The notes under the pieces were generated by a model that was given only the letters and a program-made list of their open reading frames with translations, was not told where the DNA came from and ran no database searches. A DNA stretch of 63,546 bases from an uncultured Dehalococcoidia bacterium (lineage in GTDB: Bacteria; Chloroflexota; Dehalococcoidia; Lucifugimonadales; UBA3495), in the NCBI GenBank assembly GCA_950072105.1, contig CATMOE010000013.1, forward strand, positions 1 through 63,546. The letters run 5' to 3'. Made by a program: the position numbers and the translations under genes. Below are positions 29,520 to 39,480 of the stretch, piece by piece. Numbering within the stretch: position 1 is the first letter of the stretch; each line of letters opens with the position of its first letter.

Positions 29520-32500
29520 TTGAGTTTTCTCACTGGAATCGCTCTAAGGCGCCGCTCCGTAACGATCATGTTGATAATCCTGCTGTTGGTGGGAGGAGTC
29601 ATCGTTTACGGACGCCTGGAACGTGAACTCTTCCCCCAGATTGAGTTCCCCAACATAACTATCCTCACTATCTATCCATCGGCCAACCCCGACGCCGTGG
29701 TGCGGGATGTCACCGATCCTATCGAGGAAGCGATCGACGGTATTAGCGGCCTCGATGATATTCGGTCCGTCTCTTCAGAAAACATGTCCCTGGTTATCGC
29801 TACGTTTGAGTTCGGCGAGGACATCGTAGAGGCGGAACGGACCATCGTCAGCAATCTCAACGGTATCCGCTTCCCGGATGGAGTCGAAGATCCTCTGGTC
29901 AGCCGCATCGCCAACGACGTTTTCCCGGTTATCCAACTCAGCGTTCTTGGCGACCGGGACATTCCGTCGCTGCAGCGAATACTAGACGACCTGGTACTAC
30001 CCTCCATCGAGCGAGTTCCAGGCGTCTTCGAGGTCAACGTCATCGGCGGTTCGTACGAGCAGGTGCTCGTTACCGTGGACACGGACAAACTGAAGGACTT
30101 AGGACTCTCGGTTTCCCAAGTGTCCAAATCTATCCGGGAAAACAACCTCAGCTTCCCGGCTGGGGGCATCGACGACGGGAGCAGAACCTTCCCAGTTCGT
30201 ACCTCCCATGAGCTAAATTCTCTGGATGAAGTCCGCAACCTGGTTGTTGGTTTAGAGTTCGTCCCCGGCGGAAGACGCGATCAACGACCGATTCTTCTGT
30301 CGGACGTCGCCGAAGTGAGACTCGGCACCGAGAAAGCCACCAGGATATCCCGGACCAACGGCAAACCCAGTCTTAGCATCACCGTCACCAAGGAGCCAGA
30401 CGCCAATACAGTGGAAGTCACGGCCCAGGTGGTGGAAGCCATGGATCAACTAGAGGGCCTGCCCCCTGACGTTGAGATAATCATCTTGACCAATGACGGG
30501 CCGGAGATCCAATCCCAGCTCAGCTCCCTGGTTCAAGAGGGATTTTTGGGGTTGGTCTTCGCCGTTGCCATGGTGTTTGTCTTCCTTCTCAACCTCCGGC
30601 CTACGATCATGAAGGGCGTGGTGCTCACCCTCCGGCCGACTTTAATCATCGGACTCTCCATCCCTCTGAGCATCCTATCCGGCATCCTCTTGATGGGTCT
30701 CGCCGGGCTAACGCTAAACTTCATGACTCTAGCCGGGCTCGCCATCGCCGTGGGCCGGGTGGTAGACGACAGCATCGTCGTGCTGGAAAACATGTTCCGC
30801 CACATCCAGGCGGGAGAAGACCGGCTACAAGCAACGATCGAAGGCACCAGAGAAGTGGGAGCCGCCATAGTTTCCTCCACGCTAACCACCGTGGTGGTGT
30901 TCATCCCTTTGGCGTTTATTCAGGGGTTGGTCGGCTCCTTCTTTTCCCCTTTCGCCATGGCGGTCAGCTTCGCTTTGGTTGGCTCCACCATAGTGGCGTT
31001 AACGGCTGTACCTGTGTTGGGAGCGATCTTCCTTCGCCAAGGAGACGTGCCCAGTAACATCGGCCCAGATTCGGCCCCTACCGGATTGGATTCCTGGATG
31101 CAACGTTTATACATACCGGCATTGATATGGTCGCTGCGGCACAAACTGGCAACCATATTGATCGCCGTGGGCACGGTCACTGCCAGCCTAGGGCTCCTCT
31201 TCGTTATCCCAGTGACCCTGTTCCCGTCCGGCGCGCCCCAGTTTCTCACGCTCGACGTCGAGCTGCCCAATGGCACCTCGGTAAAGCGTACCTTCGAAGA
31301 AGTTCTCCGGGTTGAGAGTGTACTGGCTGAACTTAAAGACCAGGGCGAGGTTAAGGCTTATCAAGTCAGCCTGGGTGCGTCTTCGGACGAATTTGGTCCG
31401 GCGGCGGGCGGTGGCGGTTTTCATCGTGCGGGATTCATCATAGCCATGGAGGACGATGTACGCAGCGACATCGGCGACGTGGTCCGAGCCAAGCTTCCAA
31501 AAACCGAAGATGTAACAATCACGGTCAAGGAGATCGAGAATGGCCCGCCCACCGATGCCTTGGAAATAAACATCACCGGGAGCAATTTTACCGCCATCGC
31601 GGAGGTCGCGAATCAACTTGAGGCCGAACTGGGCAGTTTGGACGGAATCATCAACCTAACCAGCGATATCAGCGAGGCTCGGGATGAAGTGGTTATAAAC
31701 ATCGATCCGCGGCGCGCTGCCGAGTTTGGCCTCACCACCAGGGAAGTGGCCCTTCAAGTTGCCCGGTACACCGTTGGAGAAACGGTATCTGAGATCGAAC
31801 TAGAAGGCGAGACCATCGACATAGTGGTCAAGGGAGATCCAGATGATGTAAACGACATCAACAAGCTGAAGTCGCTGAACATCGAAGGACCGTTCGGTAT
31901 AGAAAAACTAGGGACCCTAAGCGATATCGCTTTGGAGAAAGGACCGGTTTCTATCAGCCGCTTCGACGGTGAACGTTCCGCCAGCATTACCGGGGGCATC
32001 GTTGGCGAGGACACCCGGGCCGTCGGTATCACCCTTCAAGCCAAGATAGATTCTTTGGACATACCGCCTTCGGTTCAGGTCAAAACCGGGGGGATCTTCT
32101 CGCAGATCGCCGAAGGTTTTGAAGACGTATTTACCGCCATGGCCATAGGGATCGTTTTGGTCTATCTGGTCATGGTGGCCACTCTGGGCTCTCTGAGGAA
32201 TCCTTTGATCATCGTGATCAGTCTTCCCTTGGCTACGGTGGGTGCCCTGATAGCTTTGGCCCTGACCGGCCGCACCCTCAGCCTGTCGGCCCTCATGGGG
32301 TTCTTGTTGCTGATAGGTGTGGTCGTGACCAACGCCATAGTCTTGATCGTTTTTGTTGAACAGTTGAGGGAACAGGGGCGCACGGTGTTCGAGGCCCTGG
32401 TGGAAGGTAGCCAAGTCCGCATGCGTCCGATTCTCATGACGGCCTTCACCACCACATTTGCCCTGTTGCCGATGGCTTCCTTCGCCTCAGGTGAAGGGGT

Positions 32501-32678
32501 CATCATCGGCGCGGAGTTGGCCACGGTGGTCATAGGCGGGTTGATCAGCTCTACCTTCCTGACGCTGGTCGTTATACCGGTGATTTACACCATCGTGCAT
32601 GTCGATGTACCCAGGTTTGCCCAGTATTTGGGATCGGTCATCGGTGTAGCCGATAGACCGGACCCCAGGATGTCGTGA
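29520..32678 (+). CDS. RND efflux transporter permease (AcrB/AcrD/AcrF family)
   Basis: 1052 aa; GRVVDDSIVVLEN, R.RPILMT and GGLISST.LTL. Confidence 0.95.
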   Translation: MSFLTGIALRRRSVTIMLIILLLVGGVIVYGRLERELFPQIEFPNITILTIYPSANPDAVVRDVTDPIEEAIDGISGLDDIRSVSSENMSLVIATFEFGEDIVEAERTIVSNLNGIRFPDGVEDPLVSRIANDVFPVIQLSVLGDRDIPSLQRILDDLVLPSIERVPGVFEVNVIGGSYEQVLVTVDTDKLKDLGLSVSQVSKSIRENNLSFPAGGIDDGSRTFPVRTSHELNSLDEVRNLVVGLEFVPGGRRDQRPILLSDVAEVRLGTEKATRISRTNGKPSLSITVTKEPDANTVEVTAQVVEAMDQLEGLPPDVEIIILTNDGPEIQSQLSSLVQEGFLGLVFAVAMVFVFLLNLRPTIMKGVVLTLRPTLIIGLSIPLSILSGILLMGLAGLTLNFMTLAGLAIAVGRVVDDSIVVLENMFRHIQAGEDRLQATIEGTREVGAAIVSSTLTTVVVFIPLAFIQGLVGSFFSPFAMAVSFALVGSTIVALTAVPVLGAIFLRQGDVPSNIGPDSAPTGLDSWMQRLYIPALIWSLRHKLATILIAVGTVTASLGLLFVIPVTLFPSGAPQFLTLDVELPNGTSVKRTFEEVLRVESVLAELKDQGEVKAYQVSLGASSDEFGPAAGGGGFHRAGFIIAMEDDVRSDIGDVVRAKLPKTEDVTITVKEIENGPPTDALEINITGSNFTAIAEVANQLEAELGSLDGIINLTSDISEARDEVVINIDPRRAAEFGLTTREVALQVARYTVGETVSEIELEGETIDIVVKGDPDDVNDINKLKSLNIEGPFGIEKLGTLSDIALEKGPVSISRFDGERSASITGGIVGEDTRAVGITLQAKIDSLDIPPSVQVKTGGIFSQIAEGFEDVFTAMAIGIVLVYLVMVATLGSLRNPLIIVISLPLATVGALIALALTGRTLSLSALMGFLLLIGVVVTNAIVLIVFVEQLREQGRTVFEALVEGSQVRMRPILMTAFTTTFALLPMASFASGEGVIIGAELATVVIGGLISSTFLTLVVIPVIYTIVHVDVPRFAQYLGSVIGVADRPDPRMS

Positions 32679-32792
32679 GGCGGATCACACTAAGACGATC
32701 GAAGAAATAAACCCGATGCTACTCCGGCGGAGATCGACCGGATCGAAGACGGCATTGGAGAAAACCAATCTACCTACCGGGAGTTACATACC

Positions 32793-35387
32793 GTGCGCGC
32801 AACATTAAAGATCAAAGGTGTCCCAAAGATCTGGTTGATTCCTGGCCTGGCTGCTCTTTTCTTGCTGGTGGTGGCCGGCCCGGCCGTCTTACTCAGCCTG
32901 GCGCCAGCTTCCGGACCGGACATTCGATCAAGTCCAGGCCAAGAAACTTCGCTGATCGGCAACCTGGCGGGCGAGATCACCATCGACGGCAGGCTACACT
33001 TCCCCCGGCGGTTGGCTATGACCTTCGAATCCGGTGGGGCAGTGGGGAGTGTGTTGGTTAGAGAAGGTGACAAAGTGGAAAAGGGCCAGATACTGGCCAG
33101 ATTGGACGCCGTCACGCTGGCGGACTTGGAAAAGGCGATGTTTTCCGGGGAGGTTGGGGTGATTACCGCTCGGGCGGAATTAGACTCCCTGGCGGTCTCC
33201 AGTCCGGTGACTCTTGCCCAAGCGCAAGCCACGGCGGCCACAGCCGAAGTCGCCCTGGACGACGCTCGGGAGGACTTAACCAATCATCTGCAGCCGGAGG
33301 CCGTAGATGTCGCCCGAGCCCAGCAGGTGGTAGCGGACACCCGGCTTGCCTTGGATGACGCCGAAGACTCGCTGGCCGACCTGGACCGGGATCATTCCCA
33401 AAGATTTAGCCAGGCTCAGCAAGACCGAGCATCGGCGGAAGTGGCTTGGGACCTGGCGCGAGACGGGTTGGCCGACCTGGGTCTGAATCATGCCGAGACG
33501 ATAAGCCAGGCCATCCAACTAGATTCAGCAGCAAAGATCGCTTTGGACGACGCTCAAGAAGCTCTTGCGGAGTATCTGTTGGATCACAATCAGGATCTGG
33601 CTAAGGCCCGGCAGGCCCATGCCAAGGCCGACATCAGCCTGGACGAGGCCAAGGACGCCTTGGCCAAATTCGACCTGGTCCAAGCCCAAATACGAGCCAC
33701 CGCCCGAGAAGCAAAGGCCGCGGCCGAGGTGGTGTTGGACAAGGCTACGCGAAACCTCACCAACTTCGACCGTGCGCGCCTGAAAAACTTGGCGGATGCC
33801 CGGCAGGCGACGGCCAAAGCTGAGGTTGCTCTAGCCGATGCCCAGGAAGCCCGGGACAACCTCAGCTTGGAATACGGCAAAGAATTGGCCAAGGCCCGCC
33901 AAGCCGAGGCCAAGGCGGTCGTGGCCCTGACAGAGGCGGAGGCCACTGCCGCTAGGTTGATCTACAAGATCGGTGTAACTAAACCCTACAATGAGGACAC
34001 AGCGGATGAGTTGACCAGTCTCAGGTCGGCCGCGGCGCTGGCCTTCGCCAATCTGGACAAGGCAAGGGATGACTTGGCCGAACTTGAGCCCAGTCCCGAC
34101 CCTCGGGACCTTCAAAAGCTGGTAGCCGCGGTGGAACTAGCTCAGGCCAAGCTGGACACCGCCCTGCAGGCCCAGTTGGATTTGGAGACCGACCTAGAGG
34201 TCCTAAATCAGCGGCAATTGCTGGCCGCCTGGGAAGTAGCCCAGGCTAAAGCCGACGTTAAACAGGAAGAATTGGATCAACTGGGCGAAGGTTCGGACCC
34301 CTTAGAGCGCAACAGGCTCCGATCCGCGGTGGACCTTGCCTCCGCAATCCTGGATAAGAGCGCCCAAGACCTGAATGAATTCGAACAAGGGGCGGACCCG
34401 TTGGTACTGGAGCAACTTAAAGCCGCCGTAAAGGTTGCTCAAGCTGAACGAAATACCACGGACGAAACTCTGGCAGACATACAGGCCAAAGCAAAGGCCG
34501 CAATCCGGAGTGTCGTCAGTTCGGGCATGGTAGACGCTACCGCCGACCTTACTCCAGAGGAGCATGCCCTGCGGGCTCTGGCCGCCGGAACCGACCCGCT
34601 TCAGGTTTCCTTAAAGGCAGCTCAATTCGCGAATGCCACCGCCGATCTGAAAAAAGCGGATAAGGACCTGGCTGACTTGCAAGAAGGCCCCGATCCTCTG
34701 GAACTGTCCGTTCGACAGCGGGATATGCTCTGGGCCCGGGCAGCGTGGCAAGAAGCGGTGGAAGACCTGGTAGAACTGACCAAGGACATTGATCCTTTGG
34801 AAACCCAGCGGCTCAGATCGCTGGCGGCAGTCGCCAAGGCCGCGTATAACGATGCCGTAACGCTCCTAATGGCGGTCCAAGAACGCTTGCCCATGGAGGT
34901 TGACCTACTAAAAGCGAACGTCGCCTTGTCTCAAGAGGTCGCCAAAGACGCGTTGGAAGATTACGAAGGAGCAATCTTAAGGTCGCCGTTCGCCGGCGTT
35001 ATCTCCCTAGTCAACGTGGAACTCGACGACGAGGTCACCCACGACTCCCGTATCATTGAGGTAGTTGACCCCACTATTCTGGAAGTGGCGGGTTTCGTGG
35101 ACGCTACTAACGCCAATCTGATCTCCACTGGGGATCGAGCCGAAGTTACCATAGACAATCTCCCCGGCGATATATTTCCCAGCGCGGTTACCTTTATTTC
35201 GGACAAACCAAGGACCGAGCGCGGTATAGTAAGCTTTCCCATCACAATAACGGTGGACGTCCCAGCAGGCGCCGATATCCCCTTGGGGCTAAGCAGTGTA
35301 TCCGTTGTAATCACCCCCAACGAGAAGGGGCTCTTACTGGCGCCCCAGGGAACGGTCCAAGGCAGCGCTTGGCGCCCACTTTTCTGA
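32793..35387 (+). CDS. RND adaptor (HlyD/MFP) with greatly extended coiled-coil
   Basis: N-terminal TM; lipoyl halves V.EGD.V.KGQ.LA.LD and L.SPF.G.I enclose about 600 aa of Ala/Leu heptad repeats. Confidence 0.85.
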   Translation: MRATLKIKGVPKIWLIPGLAALFLLVVAGPAVLLSLAPASGPDIRSSPGQETSLIGNLAGEITIDGRLHFPRRLAMTFESGGAVGSVLVREGDKVEKGQILARLDAVTLADLEKAMFSGEVGVITARAELDSLAVSSPVTLAQAQATAATAEVALDDAREDLTNHLQPEAVDVARAQQVVADTRLALDDAEDSLADLDRDHSQRFSQAQQDRASAEVAWDLARDGLADLGLNHAETISQAIQLDSAAKIALDDAQEALAEYLLDHNQDLAKARQAHAKADISLDEAKDALAKFDLVQAQIRATAREAKAAAEVVLDKATRNLTNFDRARLKNLADARQATAKAEVALADAQEARDNLSLEYGKELAKARQAEAKAVVALTEAEATAARLIYKIGVTKPYNEDTADELTSLRSAAALAFANLDKARDDLAELEPSPDPRDLQKLVAAVELAQAKLDTALQAQLDLETDLEVLNQRQLLAAWEVAQAKADVKQEELDQLGEGSDPLERNRLRSAVDLASAILDKSAQDLNEFEQGADPLVLEQLKAAVKVAQAERNTTDETLADIQAKAKAAIRSVVSSGMVDATADLTPEEHALRALAAGTDPLQVSLKAAQFANATADLKKADKDLADLQEGPDPLELSVRQRDMLWARAAWQEAVEDLVELTKDIDPLETQRLRSLAAVAKAAYNDAVTLLMAVQERLPMEVDLLKANVALSQEVAKDALEDYEGAILRSPFAGVISLVNVELDDEVTHDSRIIEVVDPTILEVAGFVDATNANLISTGDRAEVTIDNLPGDIFPSAVTFISDKPRTERGIVSFPITITVDVPAGADIPLGLSSVSVVITPNEKGLLLAPQGTVQGSAWRPLF

Positions 35388-35483
35388 GTTTGCGATACCG
35401 GCGAAGCCTACTCGGGTTGCTGGCTTGAATCCAGGGTGGTTATAATGCACCCATATTCGGAATCTACCGTAACTGGAGGCCCT

Positions 35484-36275
35484 ATGCTTAGACTAGGCGG
35501 GGTTGCTTCCGCTTCTCACTTGACCGCATTCCAGGGTTTGGGAGAGATGTTCAAGCGGGAAGGTATCGACATGGACTGGGTGTTGTATTCCGATTACGAC
35601 GCCATGATTGACGATTTCGTGGGAGGGAAGATCGATCTGGCCTGGAACGGCCCTTTGGGTTACGTCAAGATTAAACGTCTCTTGGATGAACCTTGCCAGG
35701 TTATCGCCATGCGAGACGTGGACTTGAACGTTTCGACCTGTTTCGTTACTCGCCACGGATCCGACATCCTCACGGTGGAAGACTTAAACGGAAAGCGGTT
35801 CGCGTTCGCCAGCAGGTCTTCGACTGAATCTGGGTTGTTGGCCTATCATTTTCTGAAAGAGACCGGTATTGATCCCAGGGACGATCTGGCCCTGTTTTCA
35901 TTCTCCGAAGACCGCACGCCCAGCGGGCTGACTGGGGACAAGGAAGTGATCGACTGTGTGCTCAAGGGCGAATACGACGCCGGGGCAGTAGCCCAGCGGA
36001 CCCTGCGCGCCATGTCTGCAGACGGTTCATTACCCCAAGACGCCCTTCGCACCTTTTGGACCAGTCAGGGCTATAGCCACTGCTGCTTCACCGCCCAACG
36101 TGACATGGATCCGGGACAGTACCGGGAAGTCGAACAGGCCCTCCTATCCGTGGATTACGCTGACGCTCTGGGAAAAATCATACTGGACGCGGAGGCGTGC
36201 AAATCTTTCGTGCCGGGTATTGAAGAGGGTTGGGAGGAGTTGGAAAAGGCGGCGATAGACCAGGGTTTGGTCTAA
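35484..36275 (+). CDS. PhnD/SsuA-like substrate-binding fold protein, no signal peptide
   Basis: DY......F..G.IDLAW.GP..YV and L.GKRFAF....STSG; GGAGG RBS before ATG 35484. Confidence 0.8.
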   Translation: MLRLGGVASASHLTAFQGLGEMFKREGIDMDWVLYSDYDAMIDDFVGGKIDLAWNGPLGYVKIKRLLDEPCQVIAMRDVDLNVSTCFVTRHGSDILTVEDLNGKRFAFASRSSTESGLLAYHFLKETGIDPRDDLALFSFSEDRTPSGLTGDKEVIDCVLKGEYDAGAVAQRTLRAMSADGSLPQDALRTFWTSQGYSHCCFTAQRDMDPGQYREVEQALLSVDYADALGKIILDAEACKSFVPGIEEGWEELEKAAIDQGLV

Positions 36276-36281
36276 AAGCCC

Positions 36282-37226
36282 TTAGACGTCGCCGTCCGGC
36301 GTGTTCTGGATGATGTCTTCAAGACTTCTGTCCAGGGCCGGGTCCAAATCCGCGGGCTCCACGAAAGGACTAACCACATAATCCGATCTGGCCCGATCGA
36401 TCAGTTCTTTGGCTCTCGGGTTGTCCGACCCGATCTTTTCCAGGGCTTCCTGCAATTCATGGCACTCAGTATCAGCCATGGTGATCAGATCTGCCAGATC
36501 GATATCCAGATTGAACATGACCTTGAGCCTGCGCATTATGTCGTAGTAGGCGCGATGGTCTCTGGCGATGCCAACCGGCTGGTTATTTGTGTTGTTGAAG
36601 GGGTACATGGGGGCCATGGCTCCCAGCCGGAATATCTCCAGATCGGAGTGTTGCTGGTTCACCATGGTTATCAGTGCCATTCCTATAGTAGGGCCGCTTC
36701 GGCTACGGCTACCATAGTTGGAAAATCTCAGGCCGAATTTCTCCAGATTTTCCTTCATGAATGGCTGACTGTACACACAGCTAACGTTTCTTTCCAGGTC
36801 CGGCGGGGCGGCTCCGTTGTATCCTTCGACCACCACGGTTTGGCGGATCCCCAACTCTTGTATCGCTTGAATGAAAGCCTTGCCGTAGATATCGATCCGG
36901 AACCAAGGCTCCTCGCCCAGATAAATGATCAGGCCGTTTCCCGCGTCGTAAAAGTAGTTCCTGCGGTGCATCTCGCTGACGGGCAGTCCGTCCTTGTAGG
37001 AAACTCTGGGCCGATAGATATCGTGGGTGCCCGGCACTTGAAACGGGTAGCACATCTTGGACACTTCGGCGCCCAATTCGCCGATACGCCGCGCGCCAAA
37101 CTTGTCGATCAAGTACCTTGGTAGACCGCCTGAGATCTCGCCGCCATCCGACCACTGGCGCCTCCATCCGGCGATCATATATTGAACGTCGGGTTTTTCA
37201 TGGAGGATCAACATATCATCGGTCAT
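36282..37226 (-). CDS. PAC2-family (proteasome assembly chaperone-like) protein
   Basis: AGW..WSDGG, RP.V...DG, GEEP and L...D..DL motifs. Confidence 0.75.
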   Translation of the reverse strand: MTDDMLILHEKPDVQYMIAGWRRQWSDGGEISGGLPRYLIDKFGARRIGELGAEVSKMCYPFQVPGTHDIYRPRVSYKDGLPVSEMHRRNYFYDAGNGLIIYLGEEPWFRIDIYGKAFIQAIQELGIRQTVVVEGYNGAAPPDLERNVSCVYSQPFMKENLEKFGLRFSNYGSRSRSGPTIGMALITMVNQQHSDLEIFRLGAMAPMYPFNNTNNQPVGIARDHRAYYDIMRRLKVMFNLDIDLADLITMADTECHELQEALEKIGSDNPRAKELIDRARSDYVVSPFVEPADLDPALDRSLEDIIQNTPDGDV

Positions 37227-37324
37227 AGTGGGATTCTCCCCCGGCCCCTAACTCTGCTCGACCCTTAAATTCGCCCATCACCGCTTTGCCCTAGCCTGCT
37301 GCTATCTTAACATCTTAGTTTCAT

Positions 37325-37435
37325 CTGGGCATCCAAGCTCAGCGGAGACGCTTCCGTACACCTGGGCATCCAAGCTCAGCGGAGACGCTTCCGTACACCT
37401 GGGCATCCAAGCTCAGCGGAGACGGTTCCGTACAC
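37325..37435. repeat. 37-bp tandem repeat, 3 copies
   Basis: CTGGGCATCCAAGCTCAGCGGAGACGCTTCCGTACAC x3 with no spacers; one substitution in copy 3. Confidence 0.95.
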
Positions 37436-37562
37436 CGGGCTGACTCCGGGTCCACTCGTAGCACGCGTCTGGCGTTTTCGGCAGCCATAGCTGGGGACCT
37501 CCGGCAGAATCGTCACCCCCGACCCGAGTCCAAGACCGCTTTACATGATCGGCGTGTCTCCC
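37418..37562. ncRNA. Candidate structured ncRNA, 6S RNA-like rod with central bubble
   Basis: Nested pairings GGAGAC/GTCTCC, GACTC(C)GGGTC/GACCCGAGTC, TCTG/CAGA, CGG/CCG and CAGC/GCTG in a non-coding gap. Folded by eye only. Confidence 0.4.
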
Positions 37563-37764
37563 AGTCAAAGTGCGCCCAATGCGTCCAGTGAGGTGTAACA
37601 AAGATGTTCGCCCGTTTAATTACAAGAACCCAATAATTGCCGCTGATCGGCGCACTGTCATAAAACTGTTATAGAGGTTTCACAAATATGTTCCCATTTC
37701 GGAACAAATATTACATAATTCCGTATTAACATGGGCGGAATCAGCTTTTTTGCGGTCAAGCACC

Positions 37765-38073
37765 ATGGAATTGCCTTTGTTAAACGTCTCCGGGCGTCGA
37801 ATCAAACAACTCCGTATGCAGATGGACTCCGGGTGGACACAACAAAGGCTTGCCCGAGCCCTCCAATTGGAAGGAATGACCGTCGACCGTTCCGGCGTGG
37901 CCAAGATTGAGGGCGGGTACCGGAAAATCTCGGACTTTGAGATTGTGATCATTGCCAAAGCGCTTGGGGTGACCCCAAACGAATTGTTGACCGATGCGAC
38001 CGATAAGCTGGTACATGAAGTGCTGCAAGATAGTTACAGACTCCTTCGGCCTCCCCATACCAGTCCAACTTGA
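37765..38073 (+). CDS. XRE-family helix-turn-helix regulator
   Basis: GRRIKQLR...WTQQRLA...RS.VAKIE.G.R......IAKALGV....LL. Confidence 0.9.
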   Translation: MELPLLNVSGRRIKQLRMQMDSGWTQQRLARALQLEGMTVDRSGVAKIEGGYRKISDFEIVIIAKALGVTPNELLTDATDKLVHEVLQDSYRLLRPPHTSPT

Positions 38074-38645
38074 CCGGCTTGCGGCCGTCACACCTAGCGC
38101 CTCCCGGATCCACTGCTCAATGCCCGCATCGCCCGCCCAACTGTCCAGTACCCGGCCGTGTTAATCGCGTTGCATAGATCTATCGGCCAGTATGCACAAA
38201 GTCGTGCGGTTCACCGCCGTCAATAGAGCACGCCGCGCCGGATATCGCAACGGGAGGCCGGTTCCATAACGGCGCCGCCGATTTCTACCCCGCCTTTGGG
38301 CCGTCAGTCTTGATGTTCAACGGATCCCGTCTACCCGGCGTCATTTTGGCGTCATTTCCAACATCCTGCGGGATTCTACCTGTACCGGCCAGAGTGCGAG
38401 AGATTCACACCTTCAGCAGATAATACGGCCAAGTTTCCGGGGAATCGAGGCGATTACCACATAGGTACACCAGGTCGGATAGCTCATTATTATCCGGTCT
38501 ACCGCACGGCACGTTGACACACCACGCAATGCAAACCACACTCACATTAATGGGTGTAATAGCCGGTTTAGGTGTAGGTTGTCATAACTTATTTTCGACA
38601 GTATTGCAGCTTACGTTAACGAATCGGTAAAGGAGCGGTGCTCTG

Positions 38646-39461
38646 ATGGCAGACAACGGTCAAGACTCGGAAGGATACCGGGGCAGCCCACAGCCGGAAC
38701 GGACCTCTGAGGAACAGGACAAACAAGCCCTGCTCCTGAAGCTGGCCGAGCGGACCGTTCTTCAGGCTGAGGCTCTGGCCCAAGAGATCACCCACCGGGC
38801 TAGAGAACAGAGCGAAGCGGAAGGCGCCACGATCCGCGATAACTACCTGGCAGAAACCACGGAAGAAGCCCGAAAAATAGTGGAAGCGGCGGAACAGGAA
38901 GGGGCAACGATCATTGAAAACGCGTCCACCAAGGCTCGGGTGGAAAGAGATCAGATTTTAGGTCTGGCGAAAACCGAACGCCAGGAGATCGTTGGCAACA
39001 CCGAGTCAGAAGTGCAAGAGATCGTGGGGAACGCCCAGACTGAGGGCGAAGACGTACTGGCTAGGGCCAATCAGCTCGCTTTGGCTATCATCAATGGGTC
39101 CAAGGCTAGAGCGGAGAGTATCGAATCTAACGCCCGGCTGCGTGGAGAGTTCATCGTTAAACAAATGAGCCAGAACGTTGCCGACGGCATCCGCCGCGCG
39201 GTGATCGAAACGGCCAACAACATGCTGCCCGCCCTGGAGGAACTTGGCGAACAGCCTTTAGAAAACATTCCTAGGGACAATGCCGCGGGAGTGACCACTT
39301 TAGAGAGGGAGTTGCTGCAAAAGGTCACACCCAAAGAGGATTACGGACCTGGTTCGGATCCTGCCGATATAACTCCCGGCAACGGCGCCCAGCCGGCCGA
39401 TAAGAAAAAGCCCCGTCCCTCGACCGGCACTCCGGCCAGTTCGAGCGGAAGAACCCAGTAG
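38646..39461 (+). CDS. Coiled-coil protein (DivIVA-like C-terminal repeats)
   Basis: Repeated A..EA..I...A heptads; AAGGAG RBS. Confidence 0.7.
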   Translation: MADNGQDSEGYRGSPQPERTSEEQDKQALLLKLAERTVLQAEALAQEITHRAREQSEAEGATIRDNYLAETTEEARKIVEAAEQEGATIIENASTKARVERDQILGLAKTERQEIVGNTESEVQEIVGNAQTEGEDVLARANQLALAIINGSKARAESIESNARLRGEFIVKQMSQNVADGIRRAVIETANNMLPALEELGEQPLENIPRDNAAGVTTLERELLQKVTPKEDYGPGSDPADITPGNGAQPADKKKPRPSTGTPASSSGRTQ

Positions 39462-39480
39462 GCCCGCGGCAACCGGATAA

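Noticed and set aside
37362..37420. TPP riboswitch or group II intron domain V resemblance in the repeat (minus strand CTGAGCTTGGATGCCCAGGTGTACGGAA)
   Set aside because: Only superficial; the conserved CTGAGA/ACCTGAT core and the domain V pairing are absent.
37325..37435. 37-bp repeats as a CRISPR array
   Set aside because: Units are directly adjacent with no spacers, and there are no cas genes in the window.
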